Source of the DNA: Mobula birostris
Taxonomy: Eukaryota
Assembly: GCF_030028105.1 (NCBI RefSeq)
Contig: NC_092374.1
Coordinates: 176,662,057 to 176,726,056 of the forward strand
DNA: 64,000 nt
Reading direction: 5' to 3'
This document shows, piece by piece, positions 38,145 through 51,672 of the stretch. Each line of letters opens with the position of its first letter. Within the stretch, counting starts at the first letter, position 1. The notes under the pieces are model-generated. The model was not told the DNA's origin. It saw only the letters and a list, made by a program, of their open reading frames with translations, and searched no databases. The position numbers and the translations under genes were made by a program.

Positions 38145-39300
38145 CAGGGTTCCACATGCTACGCTTATTCAGAAAGACAGAAGGCATGGGATCCAGGGAA
38201 GTTTGGCCAGGTGGATTCAGAATTGGCTTGCCTGTAGAAGGCAGAAGGTCATGGTGGAGGGAGTACATTCAGATTGGAGGATTGTGACTAGTGATGTCCC
38301 GCAAGGATCTGTTCTGGGACATCTACTTTTCGTGATTTTTATTAACGACCTGGATGTTGGGGTAGAAGGGTGGGTTGGCAAGTTTGCAAATGACACAAAG
38401 GTTGGTGGTGTTGTAGATAGTGTAGAGGATTGTTGTAGACTGCAGAGAGACATTGATAGGATGCAGAAATGGGCTGAGAAGTGACAGATGGCATTCAACC
38501 CAGAGAAGTGTGAGGTGGTACACTTTGGACAGACAAACTCCAAGGCAGAGTACAAAGTAAATGGAAGGATACTTGGTACTGTGGAGGAGTAGAAGGATAT
38601 GGGGGTACATGTCAACAGATCCCTGAAAGTTTCCTCACAGGTAGATAGGGTAGTTAAGAAAGCTTATGGGGTGTTAGCTTTCATAAGTCGAGGGACAGAG
38701 CTTAAGAGTTGCGATGTAATGATGCAGCTCTATAAAACTCTGGTTGGGCCACACTCTGAGTGCTGTGTCCAGTTCTGGTCACCTCATTATAGGAAGGATG
38801 TGGAAGCATTGGAAAGGGTACAGAGGAGATTTACCAGGATGCTGCCTCGTTTAGACTGTATGGATTATGATCGGAGATTAAGGAAGCTAGGGCTTTACTC
38901 TTTGGAAAGGAGGAGGATGAGTGGAGACATGATAGAGGTGTACAAGATAATAAGAGGAATAGATAGAGTGGATAGCCAGCTTTTCTCCAGGGCACCACTG
39001 CTCAATACAAGAGGACATGGCTCTAAGGCAAGGGGTTGGAAGTTCAAGGGGGATATTAGAGGAAGGTTGTTTTTTTTTAATATATATATAATATTATACT
39101 CAGAGTGGTTGGTGCATGGAACGCACTGCCTGAGTCAGTGGTGGAGGCAAATGCACTAGTGAAGTTCAAGAGACTATGAGACAGGTATATGGAGGAATTT
39201 AAGGTGGGGGGGGGTAATATGAGAGGCAGTGTTTGAGGGTCGGCACAGCATTGTGGGTTGAAGGGCCTGTAATGTGCTGTGCTGTTGTTCTATGTTCTAT
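38145..39300 (+). mobile_element. Young 5' truncated CR1 (RT C-terminus and 3' tail)
   Basis: ORFs 38203-38484 ([16 protein letters not shown]) and 38599-39159; (gttctat)n tail. Confidence 0.92.
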
Positions 39301-42199
39301 GTTATTTTAATCCTGTGTTTATTTGAAACATAGGAAATTGGATTATTGGTTAATTTCACAGTGCAAACTGTTTCTTTTCAATACACAGATCTATTTCCAG
39401 AATTATATTAATTGTTACCACACCTTCTGTAACAAAATACATTAAAAGTTGTAACCATGTATAAACCAATAGATCATTTCACAAGTTCCCCTTAGGCTTG
39501 CTGGCATGAACAAATTGATATCCACCTTGGCTTTTGCCTTCACGTGTGCTGATACTCTGTTTCCTATACCAGGCCTATGTGTTACCTGACTTTCTGGCTT
39601 ATTTAAGTAATCTATATAGTTGCATAAGTGATTGGCCACATAAACTGTGTCCACAAAAAGCCGTTTAATTTTGCTTTGCATTAAGTGTACAAGAATATAT
39701 TGCCCATTCCCTGTTGGCTTTAATAAAGGGGTCACAGGTTTCATGATTGAACCTCAGGGAAGTTCTGGTGAAGGAACTCAAAAGGTTTTGAAGAAGTTTC
39801 ATACAAAATGGGATGAACAATATATCTCTAAATCAGGATGTCAATTTGGAGGAAATTCAACAGGTGAGATTGTTCAGAGTGGTAAATTTCAAAGCAAATG
39901 GCCAAAGTTCATTATATGGAAAGGAAGCTATTTCCATCAGCCAGAAAACAGACAGACTGAGGTCATTCATTCATGAATGTTTATTTGAGAGACAGAAATA
40001 GCAGAGACTGAGCATGTACGTGACGCACACTACTCTGATATTTTGGTACTCCAGGACACACGTGGAGCAACACAGATTCTCTAAGCCACAGCATACTTTT
40101 TTTTTTCCTTTGTGATTTTACATGATATTATAATAAATTTTCCAGCAAACCAGAGGAGAGTGGGGGCTGGTTTAAAGAAAGAATGGGAAATGAGGCATTG
40201 TTGAGATCATGATAGCACGGGAATACAGATCATAGAGTTCAAAGACAGTGGATTAAGAGAAATCTGTGAATTTAAAGTATATTCAAAAAACAACCTACTG
40301 CCCAAAATCCAAATAATTGAGATGTCCAGATGTATGTATATTAGATTATTGGAGTGTTCTTATATTTATTTAGCTAATTATTTCTCTTTTAAGTGCAATT
40401 GCAGGAAAACATTGTTTAGTTTAATGTAATCAAGTATTCTCTGGTCATTTCTTGCTCCAATCCTATTCTGATTCCATTGCAGTGGAACAAATACTACTCA
40501 CTGCTTCCCATGCTCTAACTCCATGAAGTAAAATTTCCATTCCAATATTACTAAATTACATTGTGGTCTTTGCCTTGTCACTTCTAAACTGAAAATCTAA
40601 TTATTCATGTATCTTTGTCCTTTTTATGCCAAATCATGGTCATTACCACCAAAATAACACTCTGGACTGCAGCTTACATGATAAAACTGTCCAGACTCTC
40701 TGGCTTATGAATTTTTCATACATTTATGTAAACAGTTTTTCTTGTATGTATTTTAAGAAATCAGCACCATAATGTTTGGCACTAACTTTGCCCCAGATAA
40801 TACGAAGCTGAAATCCTCAACAACTACTTATTATGAAGCATTTTTGAGCTGTAACTATGTACAAGAATTCCTGCTTCAATTTATCTTTGATTATAAATTA
40901 TGATGAATGTCAGGTACTAAATAATAATAACAACAGGACTCCTGTGACACAAGCAGAGGCCATTCAACCTAACAAGTCTCTGCCTACTCTCTTCTGGAGC
41001 ATCTCACCAATTCCACCGCTTGGCCCATCACCATAATCCTGCATTTCTTTTCTTACAATATGTTCATCTAATTCTCCTTTAAAGAACACAATGATACACC
41101 ATCCACCACAACTACAAGCAATACATTCCAAGTTACCATAACACACTGCATGGAAATGTTATTCCTCGTTATTATTGTTGTGTTATTCTTTTTCTTCATG
41201 ACTATTAGCCCTCACCCTCTCCACAAAAGCTTAAAATGATTTAAGTAGATGCATATGATCACTGTAACACATACAAATGCTGGAAAAACTCAGCAGGTAG
41301 CAGGACAGTGAAAATGCTGTATAACATGGAAAAGTATGAAACCATCCAATTTAGTTGCATTAACAGCTAGTCACATTATTAACTGAACTAAAACAAACTC
41401 TCAAAAAATGAATATCCACAATTCATGGAAAATGTGCATGGGTCTTCATAGCAAAATTCAAGCCTTGGAAGAGTAATACCTTTCTGCAGATGTTTGTTGA
41501 TTCTGAGTTATGCCTTGAATGTTGTTTGCAAGCTTGGTTTCCAAATTTGCAGAAAGACTACCTTGCTATGCAACACGCGCAGTGAAGGCTTATTAGATAC
41601 ATGGGCTGGAAGGATTGAAGGGAGATGAGCTAAATTAGGGTTATACTGTATTTGAGACATACTTGAAGAAGATTAGATCTGATAAAAGACCCACAAAATT
41701 CTAAGAGCTGAATAAACTAGATGCAGTAAGGATATCGGGGCACCTCACAGCCCAGCATTCATAATCTAAAGGCAAGTAGTCAGGTATGTAGTTCTGAGTC
41801 AGAGAGACATATTTTCTCCCTAAGAATAAATCCATTGACCTTTCTGTTGTGTTTGTTTGACTGCTAATTCATCAGTGATTGTTTTGCCCCCACAGTAACT
41901 ATGAAGAACGAGAATTTTGTAGCAGCATCTATAATTCATACTTCTGCTAAGAAATTCAAACAGAGATTTTACCAAACAATCAATCATTGTCGACTTCTAC
42001 ATATTAATTGACAATATATTCTGTTTCCACATGTGAGATTGATCCACTATAACAAATGCAAGTAGACCTTTTGGAAAATACAGCTTAATGCATTTTTTAT
42101 TCAAAATATTCATGCTCAGAGTTGTAATCTCAAGGTATATTCTACAGAAAGGGGAATCACAAGAACAGCACCAATAATCAGAATGTTTTAGCCTTGGTA

Positions 42200-44894
42200 C
42201 TGAAACACTTGTTTTCTCGGCTGTGTAAGTCTTGACAGGACAACTTCTGGCCCCACCAACATGTGAGATTAATGCACAAGTTCCCCACCACTCCTGCACA
42301 CCCCCTGTGAGTGCCGATGGTGTGTAATTCGCTACCAATTAATGCCACAAAATAACAAACAGTACACTGATTAAAGGAATTATATTTATGAATCTTAATT
42401 ATAGGGTTAGTAAAGAATAATGAAAAGAGAAGAACCCATTCTAATTAAACAGTCAATTGTGCACAAGTTGGAGCTCATCTTGATCTTCTGTCACTCATGC
42501 GCTGTGCCTTCGGTAATATGTGAAAACACACACCACCTTCTGAACATTGCTCACAATCAATCTCGAACAAATGGGTCTCCCACCGGATTGTATGCCCTGA
42601 CTGGTTCTCCCCTGCGTCTTCTCTCTTCACCTCTTCTCGAACTAAAGCCCAAGACCAACCTTACTGTCCCTCACCAAGAAAGAATATCCCACTCTTTGGA
42701 TGGCACACATTCCACCTCATCCCTTATCTTCAACAATAACCCAAAGAGTTTGAAAGCAGAAGAAACAGCTCTTACAAAGCTGCTAAATGAAATAGATGCA
42801 GCATAACAGTAAAGATGAGAAGCAGGGCACTACACTCTCCCCCCACCACAAATAGTCAGGTCTGGATGATTTTGAAATAATTTGTCATCCATTCTTTGAT
42901 AATGGCATTTTCAAAGGAATTTTGTGATGTCAGAACCTCCAATCCATTTGTAAATGGTAGTGACATATCTTGCTAGGAGGGTAGTCGCAATTCTCTCTTC
43001 CACCAGTATAACATAGGTCAGCCTATGTGGGAGTTTCCCGAATCTTTGTGACCTCCATAACCCATCGTCTACAACTTCAGTTTCAGACATTCCCTGGGAT
43101 ACTTCTGGTCTACATGGCAATGCATCCCATCTATTACTCGTGCTATCTGGCAACTCAGATCCCTCTGCCACTTGGCTGAGATCAGCTTCATTCCTGTTTA
43201 CATTAGAGCCCAGTTCCTCTCCAGGTTCCAGCTGCAAACCTGCCTGCCCATAGAGAGACCCCTGATTTCACCTGCCTCAGCAAGAGAAAGGTTTGGAAAC
43301 GTTTTCTTGATTAGTCAAGAGTTAGCAAAAGGCAGCATATACCACATCCCAATTTTCTCATCCTCCCAATCCACATCCCATTCAGGGGCTGGATTCTTCC
43401 TGCTGCTGATCCTACAGTGTCTCCATGTAGCTGCAGAGTACTCTTACTAGGTGTAGGGTCCAGGTCAAGCTTTGGGTTAGAAGGTGGTACGGATGGAGAA
43501 TTTTAACAGACCAATTCCCATCCTTTGGTTTCACCCAGAAAACTGACACATTTGGCATCTGATTCTCCACTACATAGGGCATAGCCACCCAGCAGGCAGC
43601 CAACTTATGCTTCCCAGGTTGCCTCAGATTTGACTCGGTCTCCAGGCATGAGGTGGGAGAACCAAACTTTTTGATCATACACCCTTTTCCCCTTCAGGTG
43701 TGGGCTTCATTCCTGAGAACAGGCTGAGCCTAGAATAACTGCAACTTTGAACCTGGCCATTTTGTCATTTATTCGCAAGGGAGGTGAGTCCTGCTACCAA
43801 CTCAGAATGCTCAGCCCTCTCCAGAAGACACATTGGATCCTTTACAACAGGCCACTCCTTCCGCTTGCTCTGCAGTAACAAGAACAGCTTGTTTTTAAAG
43901 CCTCCGCCCTCAGTTGTGGAAAACTCTGCTTCTGATTCAACATGCTCGCCTTTACTCCCCTCTTCCAGAAAGTATGGACAGCCGATAGCACCCCCACTCC
44001 CGGGGCCACAATAGTACCAGGGCAGTTCTACTGCCGTTGGGTCAGTGCTAGTCCAAACTAAAACAAAGCCTTTGCAAGCCCTGTTATCTAATCTTCGCTC
44101 CACCACTGCAGCATCCATAACCGTGCATTGCAATCATTTTAACGACCAATAGTTTAACACAGACTTAGACATACAAGCCACTTGATCAATGCTCAGGGCA
44201 ATGACACTGCATGCAACATAATCGATCCCAGATGAGCCCCCCCCAATGAAACACTGATTTCCTCGACTGTATAAGTCCAGGGAAGACAGGCTCCAGCCCC
44301 AGCAAACATGTGAGATTGAGTTGCAAGCCTGCCTCCCCCACCACCCCCAAACCCCCCGTTTGTGTGGATGCTGTGTGACTCCCTACCCTGTTACATATTA
44401 ATGCCATGAAATAACAGACAGCACGCTGCATACAATTAAAGTAAACATCTATGAATCTTAACTAAAGGGATAGTAAAGAATACGTAAAAGAAAAGGGCCT
44501 ATTCTCATTAAACAGTCAAATGTGCACAAGTTGGAGCTCATCTTGAACTTCTCTGTCACTCACATGCTGGGCTCTTGGTTAATGTGAAGCACACACCACC
44601 TTCCAAATGTTGCTCACAACCCATCTCGAACAAATGGGTCTCCCAACGGATCATATGCTACGACCGGTCCTCCCCAGCATCTTCTTTCTTCACCTCCCCT
44701 CGAACAAAAGCCCAAGACAAGAAAAACCCCTCTCCAAGAAAAACCTTCCATTAATTGGATGGCCCACATTCCACATCATCCCTTTAATTCACCCAGTAAC
44801 CCAGACAGGCTGAAAGCAAAGCATACTGCTCTTACAGAGCTGCTAAATGAAATACCTACAACATAACAGTAAAGGTGTGAACTAGGGCACTACA
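42200..44894 (-). mobile_element. Internally deleted Gypsy/Ty3 provirus, family A: 5' LTR 44247-44894, tRNA-Pro-type PBS, integrase C-terminal remnant, PPT, 3' LTR 42200-42834
   Basis: Both LTRs run TGAAACAC...GGCACTACA on the plus strand. Minus-strand PBS ttggggggggctcatctgggat (~44225-44246) resembles TGGGGGCTCGTCCGGGAT. PPT ggtggggggagag precedes the 3' LTR. PYVVENQMP..VFWVKP..G...KILH and RSQR..KLP.RLTY integrase tail. Flanks gtac/gtaa. Confidence 0.85.
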
Positions 44895-45499
44895 GTAATA
44901 TTTTACACAAGAGCAGAACACAATTGACGAAAAAGTCTGCAATGTTCTGGAAGTTTACTTTAAATTGTTCCATATTCTTCAATTCCTACATTCCAACTTA
45001 CATGTGAGATGTAGCTTGTTCAGCAACTGATCAGCAGTTCACATTCCGGTGTGCAGGAATGTTTTCATAATCTGAGGAGTGAAGCCAAATATTAGACAAG
45101 CTACAAACGTTAGACTAGAGCAAAACATTGAGAAAGATGACAGTTGCTTATCTCTTCTGATTTTCCTTCATCTCACATGTCACTATTAAAGTATTCATCT
45201 TCCTTTTATACTCTTAAGAGTTTAAATTAAATATTCAACAAACTTGTCTTTCCCCAACCCAAGGCAAAAGGAATAATGCCATGAAAATTATATAAATTGT
45301 TTGAAGTGATTTACAATCTACAATATTGTAAATAAATTAAAACAGCACAATCACACAGCCAGGCCTAAATAATAGACAGTTCTATGAAATATGGAGAATT
45401 TAACTGAGTGTCAACCTGTAATGATCTTAATCAGATCTCAATATCTCATTCCATTTGTTTGGTGGGTTGTACTTGAATACTAGCTTCACTCCTATACAT

Positions 45500-45870
45500 T
45501 TTTGTCGGCTTCACTATTTTGGCAATATCTGGTTTCAAGTCATCAATAAAAGTTGAATTCAAGGGTCAATGTAGTTGTCTTCGATATTTTTTATCATCTT
45601 TCTTGTAATATAGAAAATCGCTTGCAGTCACATCGCTCAAACATGAATTTTTCAGCTGATGCATAAGTATTTCAATAAAATTTGCACTTCACACATTCGA
45701 TTTTATACTGCAGTATTCAATACAATGAACTTTAACACTAGGGTGAAAAGTGAGAGCCAATTCCTTGCCAATTTTGATTCCTATAAATTTCAATCCTGCA
45801 AATGACAAAGTGCTCATAGGCAAGAAATCACTAATAGAATTCACTGTTTCATCAGCATTAAATGTCTAAC
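45500..45870 (-). mobile_element. Possible hAT (Charlie/Buster-like) transposase C-terminal remnant
   Basis: Frame-shifted CKRFS...KKYRRQL...LKPDIAKIV resembles the hAT dimerisation motif CExxFS...KxKxRxxL...PDI. Confidence 0.3.
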
Positions 45871-46444
45871 AATCTGGCACGCTCAAGACTTTGGCTACAC
45901 TGGAGCAACTGATTTTCCAGACTATTGGATGCAACTTCAAACCCACATTTAATTCACATTTTGCAAAATGCTTTACAGTAGACAATGAAAGCAATGACGA
46001 ATCTTGGCCCGAAACATTGTCTCTTTATTCATTTCCATGGATTCCACCAGATCGGCTGAGATCCTCCACCACATTGTGTGTGTTGGTCAATGAACCCAAT
46101 GAGCTCAAAAGGGAGTAGGAAATATCAGAACACTCCTAACTCTTGAAACGTGTGAAAAATTTATCAGTGAGCCAAATTACAGGCTAGCAAGATTTCTGAA
46201 CAACCATCTGCCAAATTTTCAGAGCTTCAGGACAAAACTTTTCAGAGCCAACATATGACTTGGCTCTCAGTCCAAGCTGCCATGAGTACAAGTCATTTTA
46301 GAGCTGTACCATAGATTACTGTAAATTAATTTCAGTCAGTAATAAAACTGCTGTTGGATTAAGGTCTTTGTAGTTTTAAATGCTTTTGTCTCCTTATATG
46401 TATTATAATCACCTCTTTGTTGTAAACCTCTAGTAAATTGCAGT

Positions 46445-46736
46445 TTATTCTTCTGTGGGCCCTGTCTCCAAAGCTGAGGTGTGATACAACTGGTACCTGC
46501 AAAAGCAGTTTTCTTATCTAAACTGGCCCAAAGCAGTTTCAGAATTAAAAAAGGATGTGTGTTCATGATCCTTTATTGCAGCCGGATCGAATTACAGTGA
46601 AATGGGTTTAAAACCAGGCAGCTACAGCTAAATTCACCTTATTACAATTACAGTTCCTTTGTAATTTACCTGCCTTGCTTACTAATGCTGTTTGACTCTA
46701 TCTGACCTTCACCATGATGAACATTTAATAAGCCAG
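46445..46736 (-). CDS. Candidate cytoplasmic-tail exons of the class I-like gene (46670-46736 and 46445-46496)
   Basis: gtag|67 nt|gtaaat is open in phase 1 (AGLLNVHHGEGQIESNSISKQG). A 173-nt intron leads to ttttgcag| and, in phase 2, RYQLYHTSALETGPTEE*. Based only on phase compatibility; no homology support. Confidence 0.2.
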
Positions 46737-46969
46737 CTACAACCATAAGATTTATATCTCATTCCTGATTTCCAAGGAACTTTCCAGATCCAACAATGCC
46801 AAGCTGATACCTGTTGCATCTCTCAAATAAATTAGCAGACACAAAGTTTATAATTCTGCAACTAAGGAGACTGATCTTTAATTAAAACTCTTAAAAGCTG
46901 CACAGCATCTTCTTTGCACAACCCACTTTTTTTTATTCTGGAGCCTTCTCTCTTCTTTTCAGTCCAGAA

Positions 46970-47560
46970 GATAGGTCTCTGCCGAAAATGTTGGCAATTT
47001 ATTCACTTCCTGACTTTTTCACACTATTCATACTATTTAATTTATTCACACTACCTGACTTGCTGAGTTCTTCCAGAATTTCGTGTTTTACCTTGGATTT
47101 CCAGCATCTGCAGATTTTCTTATGCTTACAATTTGCTAATTCACTGTGAAGTCTCAAGGGATGCCTATCCTGAAGGTGTTTAAACCTACTCTTCAATGGG
47201 AGTTCAGGAGACCCTCTCTAGCTACTTCCACTCTGTGATCTCTGCTCCCTTTGACTCTTTGACCATGTCATCATCCAAACTTGCTAGCACAGTCACATAT
47301 CCTTCCCAGGCAGATTCCTTAATCTCCAGCCCTTTATCTTTCCCACCCATCTGACTCCACCTATCAAGTTCTAGCTAGCCTACCTCCACTCCCCCCAACC
47401 TTTTTATTCTGGCATCTTCCCCTTTCCTTTCCAGTCACATCTGATCTCCAAGCTGGTCTCAGCAAAGCCTATTAGATTTACTGAGCTATACATGTCACCA
47501 CATACATCCCTGAGATTCTTTCCCTGTGGACATACCGAGCAAATCCATAGAGTAGTAAAT
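46970..47560 (+). mobile_element. Penelope-like terminal repeat and 3' fragments
   Basis: ccgaaaatgttg...gctgagttcttccag...ttccagcatctgcagatttt, plus a pyrimidine-rich 3' segment. Confidence 0.6.
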
Positions 47561-47589
47561 GTAAACATCAGGCACTGTAAACTGTAAAA

Positions 47590-49770
47590 GGACCCTAATG
47601 GCAATTGTACACATGCCTCCAAACAGCAGCCGGGATGTGCATTACAAATTACAGCAGGAGATAGAAGAGGCGTGTCAGAGAGAATTTGTAAAATGTCTAA
47701 GGGATAGCTTTTCAGAACAGTGTGTTGTTAACCCCACTAGGGATCGGCTGTGCTGGATTGGGTGTTGTGCAATGATCTGGAGGTGATAAAAGAGCTTAAT
47801 GTTAAGGACCCCTGAGGGAACAGTGATCACAATATGATTGAATTCACTTTGAAACTTGAGAAGGAGAAACAAAATTCCAATGTGACAGTATTTCAGTGGA
47901 ATAAAGGAAATTACAATACCATGAGAGGGGAAATGGCAAAAGTTGACTGAAAAAGGGACACTAGCAGGAAGGACACCAGAGCAGCAATGGCTGGAGTTTC
48001 TACAAAAAAAAATGAGGGAAATGCAAGACAGATATATTCCAAAATAAGAAGAAATTTTTGAATGGAAGAAAGACACTACTTTGGCTGACAAGTGAAGTCA
48101 GAGTCAAAGTAAAAGCAAAAGAGGGGGCATACAAGGAAGCCAAAGCAAGTGGGAAGACAGAGGATTGGGAAGCTTTTAAGAACTTGCAGAAAGAATCTAA
48201 GAAAATCATTAGGAAGGAAAAGAAGAATTATGAAAGGATGCTGGCAACTAATATCAAAGAAGATACTAAATGGTTTGTTTAGGTATATAAAGGGTAAAAG
48301 AGAGTTGAGGACCAATAGAAAATGACGCTGGAGATATTGTAATGAGAGATGTAGAGATGGCAGAGGAACTGTATGCATGTTTTGCAACAGTGTGATGTCT
48401 GTGGTATACTGGACATAAACTCGTCTGACATCAGTGGTTGGCAATTTGTTGGAATCAATTGTTAGGGATGCGTTTACAAAGCACCGGAGGCACATGACAA
48501 AATAGGCCAAAACCAGCATAGTTTCCTGAAAGGAAAATCCCGCCTAACTAATCTATTTCAATTTTTTGAGGAAATTACAAGCATGGTAGACAAAGGAAAT
48601 GTCATAGATGTGGTGTACTTGGATTTTCAAAAGGCCTTTGAAAAGGTGCCGCACATAAGGCTGCTTTGCAAGATAAGAACACATGGGTGGAGCATTGGCT
48701 GATCGGTAGAAGACAGAGAGAGGGAATAAAAGGATCCTATTCTGACTGGCTGCCAGCTACCAGTGGAGTTCTAAGGGTGTCGGTGTTGGGACCATTGTTT
48801 TTTATGATTTATGTCAATGATTTGGATGATGAGATTAATAGATTTGTGGCTAAATTTTCCAATGATACAGACAGGTGGAGGATCGGGTAGTGTTGATGAA
48901 ACAGAGCCCACAGAGAGACTTAGATAGTTTAGGGGAATGGGCAGAAGTGGCAAATGAAATACAATGTTGGAAAGTGCATGGCCATGCACTTTGGTGGAAG
49001 AAATAAATGGCCTGACAATTATTTAGATGGGGAGAGAATTCAACATGCAGAGATGTGAAGGGACTTGGAAGCCCTTGTACAGGATACCCTAAAGGTTAAC
49101 CTCCAGATTGAGTTGGTGGTGAAGAAGGCAAATGCAATGTTCACATTCATTTATAGAGATATAGAAGATAAGAGCAGGGATGTGATTTTGAGGCTCTATG
49201 AGGCACCCGTGAGACCACTTTTGGAGTATTGTGTGCAGATTTGGGCTCCGTATTTTAGAAAGGATATATTGACATTGGAGAAGTTTCAGAGAAGATTCAC
49301 AAGAATGATTCCAGGAATGAAAGGGTTACTGTATGAGGAACACCTGGCAGCTCTTGGGCTGTATTCCCTGTAGTTCAGGAGAATGGGGGGGGGGGGGGGC
49401 GGGGTGGAATCTCAGAGAAACATTCCGAATATTAAAAGACCTAAACAGATTAGATATGTTATATATTGTTATTTCCTGTGGTAGGGGAGTCTAGGACAAG
49501 AGGGCCCAACTTCAGGACTGAAGGGCGTCCATTTAGAACAGAGATGCGGAGAAATTACATTCGTCAGAGGGTGGTAAACCTGTTGTCACGAGTCAGCTGT
49601 GTAGGCCAAGTCTTTGGGTACATTTAATTGAGAGATAGATACGTTCTTGATAAGTCAGGGGAGTGGGGATGACTGGAAGAATTGGATCAGCCCATGATTA
49701 AATGGTGGAGCAGACTCAATGGATGAAAGGACTACTTCTGCTCCTATATCTTATGGTCTAAACTATGCAA
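47590..49770 (+). mobile_element. CR1 LINE, internally deleted and decayed
   Basis: Endonuclease remnants; [13 protein letters not shown]; GVLRVSVLGP; VRPLLEYCVQIW; cttatggtct tail. Confidence 0.9.
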
Positions 49771-49774
49771 ATGC

Positions 49775-50450
49775 AGATATGAATAAATAGCAATATTATA
49801 ACAAGCATGAAATAACAATATAACATCCATCTATATAACAAAGTAACAGAGTCCTTAAATGAGTGTAGCTATCCACTTCTGTTCAAGAGCCTGGTGGCTG
49901 AGAGGTGGTAACTGTTCTTGAACCTGGGTGGTGCGAGTTCTGAAGCACCTGTACCTTCTACCTGATGGCAGCTGTGGGAAAAGAGCATGACCTGCATAGT
50001 GAGAATCTTTGCTGTTTTCCTATGGCAAGTTTCATGTGGATATGCTCAGTGGTCGGGAGGGATTAACCCATGATATACTGTGCCGAATCCATTACCTTTG
50101 TAGGATATTCTGCTCAAAGGCATTTGTGTTCCCATACAGGGCCATAATGCAGCCAGTCAGCACACTTTCCACCACACATCTATAGAAATTTACCAATGAC
50201 ATGCCAAACCTCCACAGACTCCTGAGGAAGTAGAAGTGCGTTTGTACTTTCTTAACAATAATAGTGATATGATAGGTCCAGGGGAAGATCATCTGAGATA
50301 GTAATAACCAGGAATTTAAAGTTACTGATCTCCCAATGATTACCGGTTCATGGACCTCTGGTTCCCCTCTCCTGGAGTCCACAACCAGTTCCTTGGTCTC
50401 ATTGGCATTGAATGAGAGGTTGTTATTATTACACCACTCAGCCATTTTTT
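49775..50450 (-). mobile_element. Rex1/Babar-type LINE 3' fragment
   Basis: EWCNNNNLSFNANETKELVVD...HFYFLRSLWRFGMS. Confidence 0.85.
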
Positions 50451-50504
50451 TTCCAATCTCTCTATTCTGTATGCTGATTCTCCACCCCCTTTGATACTAT
50501 AGTA

Positions 50505-51090
50505 AGACCATAAGATATAGGAGCAGAATTAGGCCATTTGGCCCATCGATTCTACTCCACCAATTCATCATGGCCCATTCATTTTTTTTTCTCAGTCCTA
50601 TCCTCCACTCTTCCCCCATATCCCTTCATACCCTGACCACTCAAGAATCTTCAGCCTTTGCCTTAAATATACGTAAAGCTTTGTTCTCACCAGCTGCCTG
50701 TGGCAACGAATTCCACACGTTCAGCACTCTCTGGCTAAAGAAATTCCTCCTCATCTCCATTCTAAAAGGACACCCCTCTATTTTGAGGCAGTGTCCTCTG
50801 GTCTTAGTCACTCCCACCATAGGAAACATTCTTTCCGCATCCATGCTATCATGGCCTTTCCACATTCAATAGTTTTCAATTAGATCATCCCTCACTATAC
50901 TAAATTCCAGTGAATAGAGGCCCCAAGCCATTAATGCTCTTCATATGACAAGCTGTTTAATCCTCCAATCATTTTCATTTAATCCAGTTTCAGCACATCC
51001 TCTCCAAGATGAGTGACCCAAAACTGCACAGAGTGCTGCAAGTGAGGCCTCACCAGTATTGTATGACATCTCAAGATTACATCCTTGTTT
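50505..51090 (-). mobile_element. CR1 3' fragment
   Basis: ERMFPMVGVTKTRGHCLKI...NFFSQRVLNVWNSLP; cttatggtctt tail. Confidence 0.85.
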
Positions 51091-51672
51091 TTATATTCCA
51101 AAATAAATGATAAAACTAAAGAGAACCTCTTGCACTCTGGAATACAAAAATACTTCAGAGTGATGTGATAAATTACAAAGAAATTCAGGCAGTTTTTACT
51201 TTAACAGGTGTGGTAAATTTCAACATTCGTGTATCTACCCTGACATATCACATATCAGACTATGCTCGATGTACATGCAATTAATAAACTTAAATCTGAA
51301 ATCTGCTCTATAGATCCTTGTGCTAAGAAAGAATGATTTGCCTCAACACTGCAGATCTCGATCTGAAATTACTTTATCAAATTTACTTCCTGACAATGTA
51401 ATCAGTCATAGATAATATGAAATTTCTGGTCATGGCACTACTATGGAGAATCTCAGATGGAAACAAGGAGACATAGGGGAGTGAGATGGGTTGTCTAGTT
51501 GAGTGGTTTTGCAACATCCTTTTGGTGAGCAACAGAAAGACCAAAGAACTGATTGCAGACTTAAGTCAAAGTCGGGTGGACATGCTCTAGCTCTTACAGC
51601 ACCCTTTCACTGATGGAAATGGTGAGCAGCAGCTCCTCAGTGTCAACATCTCAGTGGATCTATTCTTCGCTG

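Noticed and set aside
39647-39976. 109-aa plus-strand ORF with a cag|gtgag donor-like site
   Set aside because: No recognisable domain, partner exon or homology; likely chance in AT-rich DNA.
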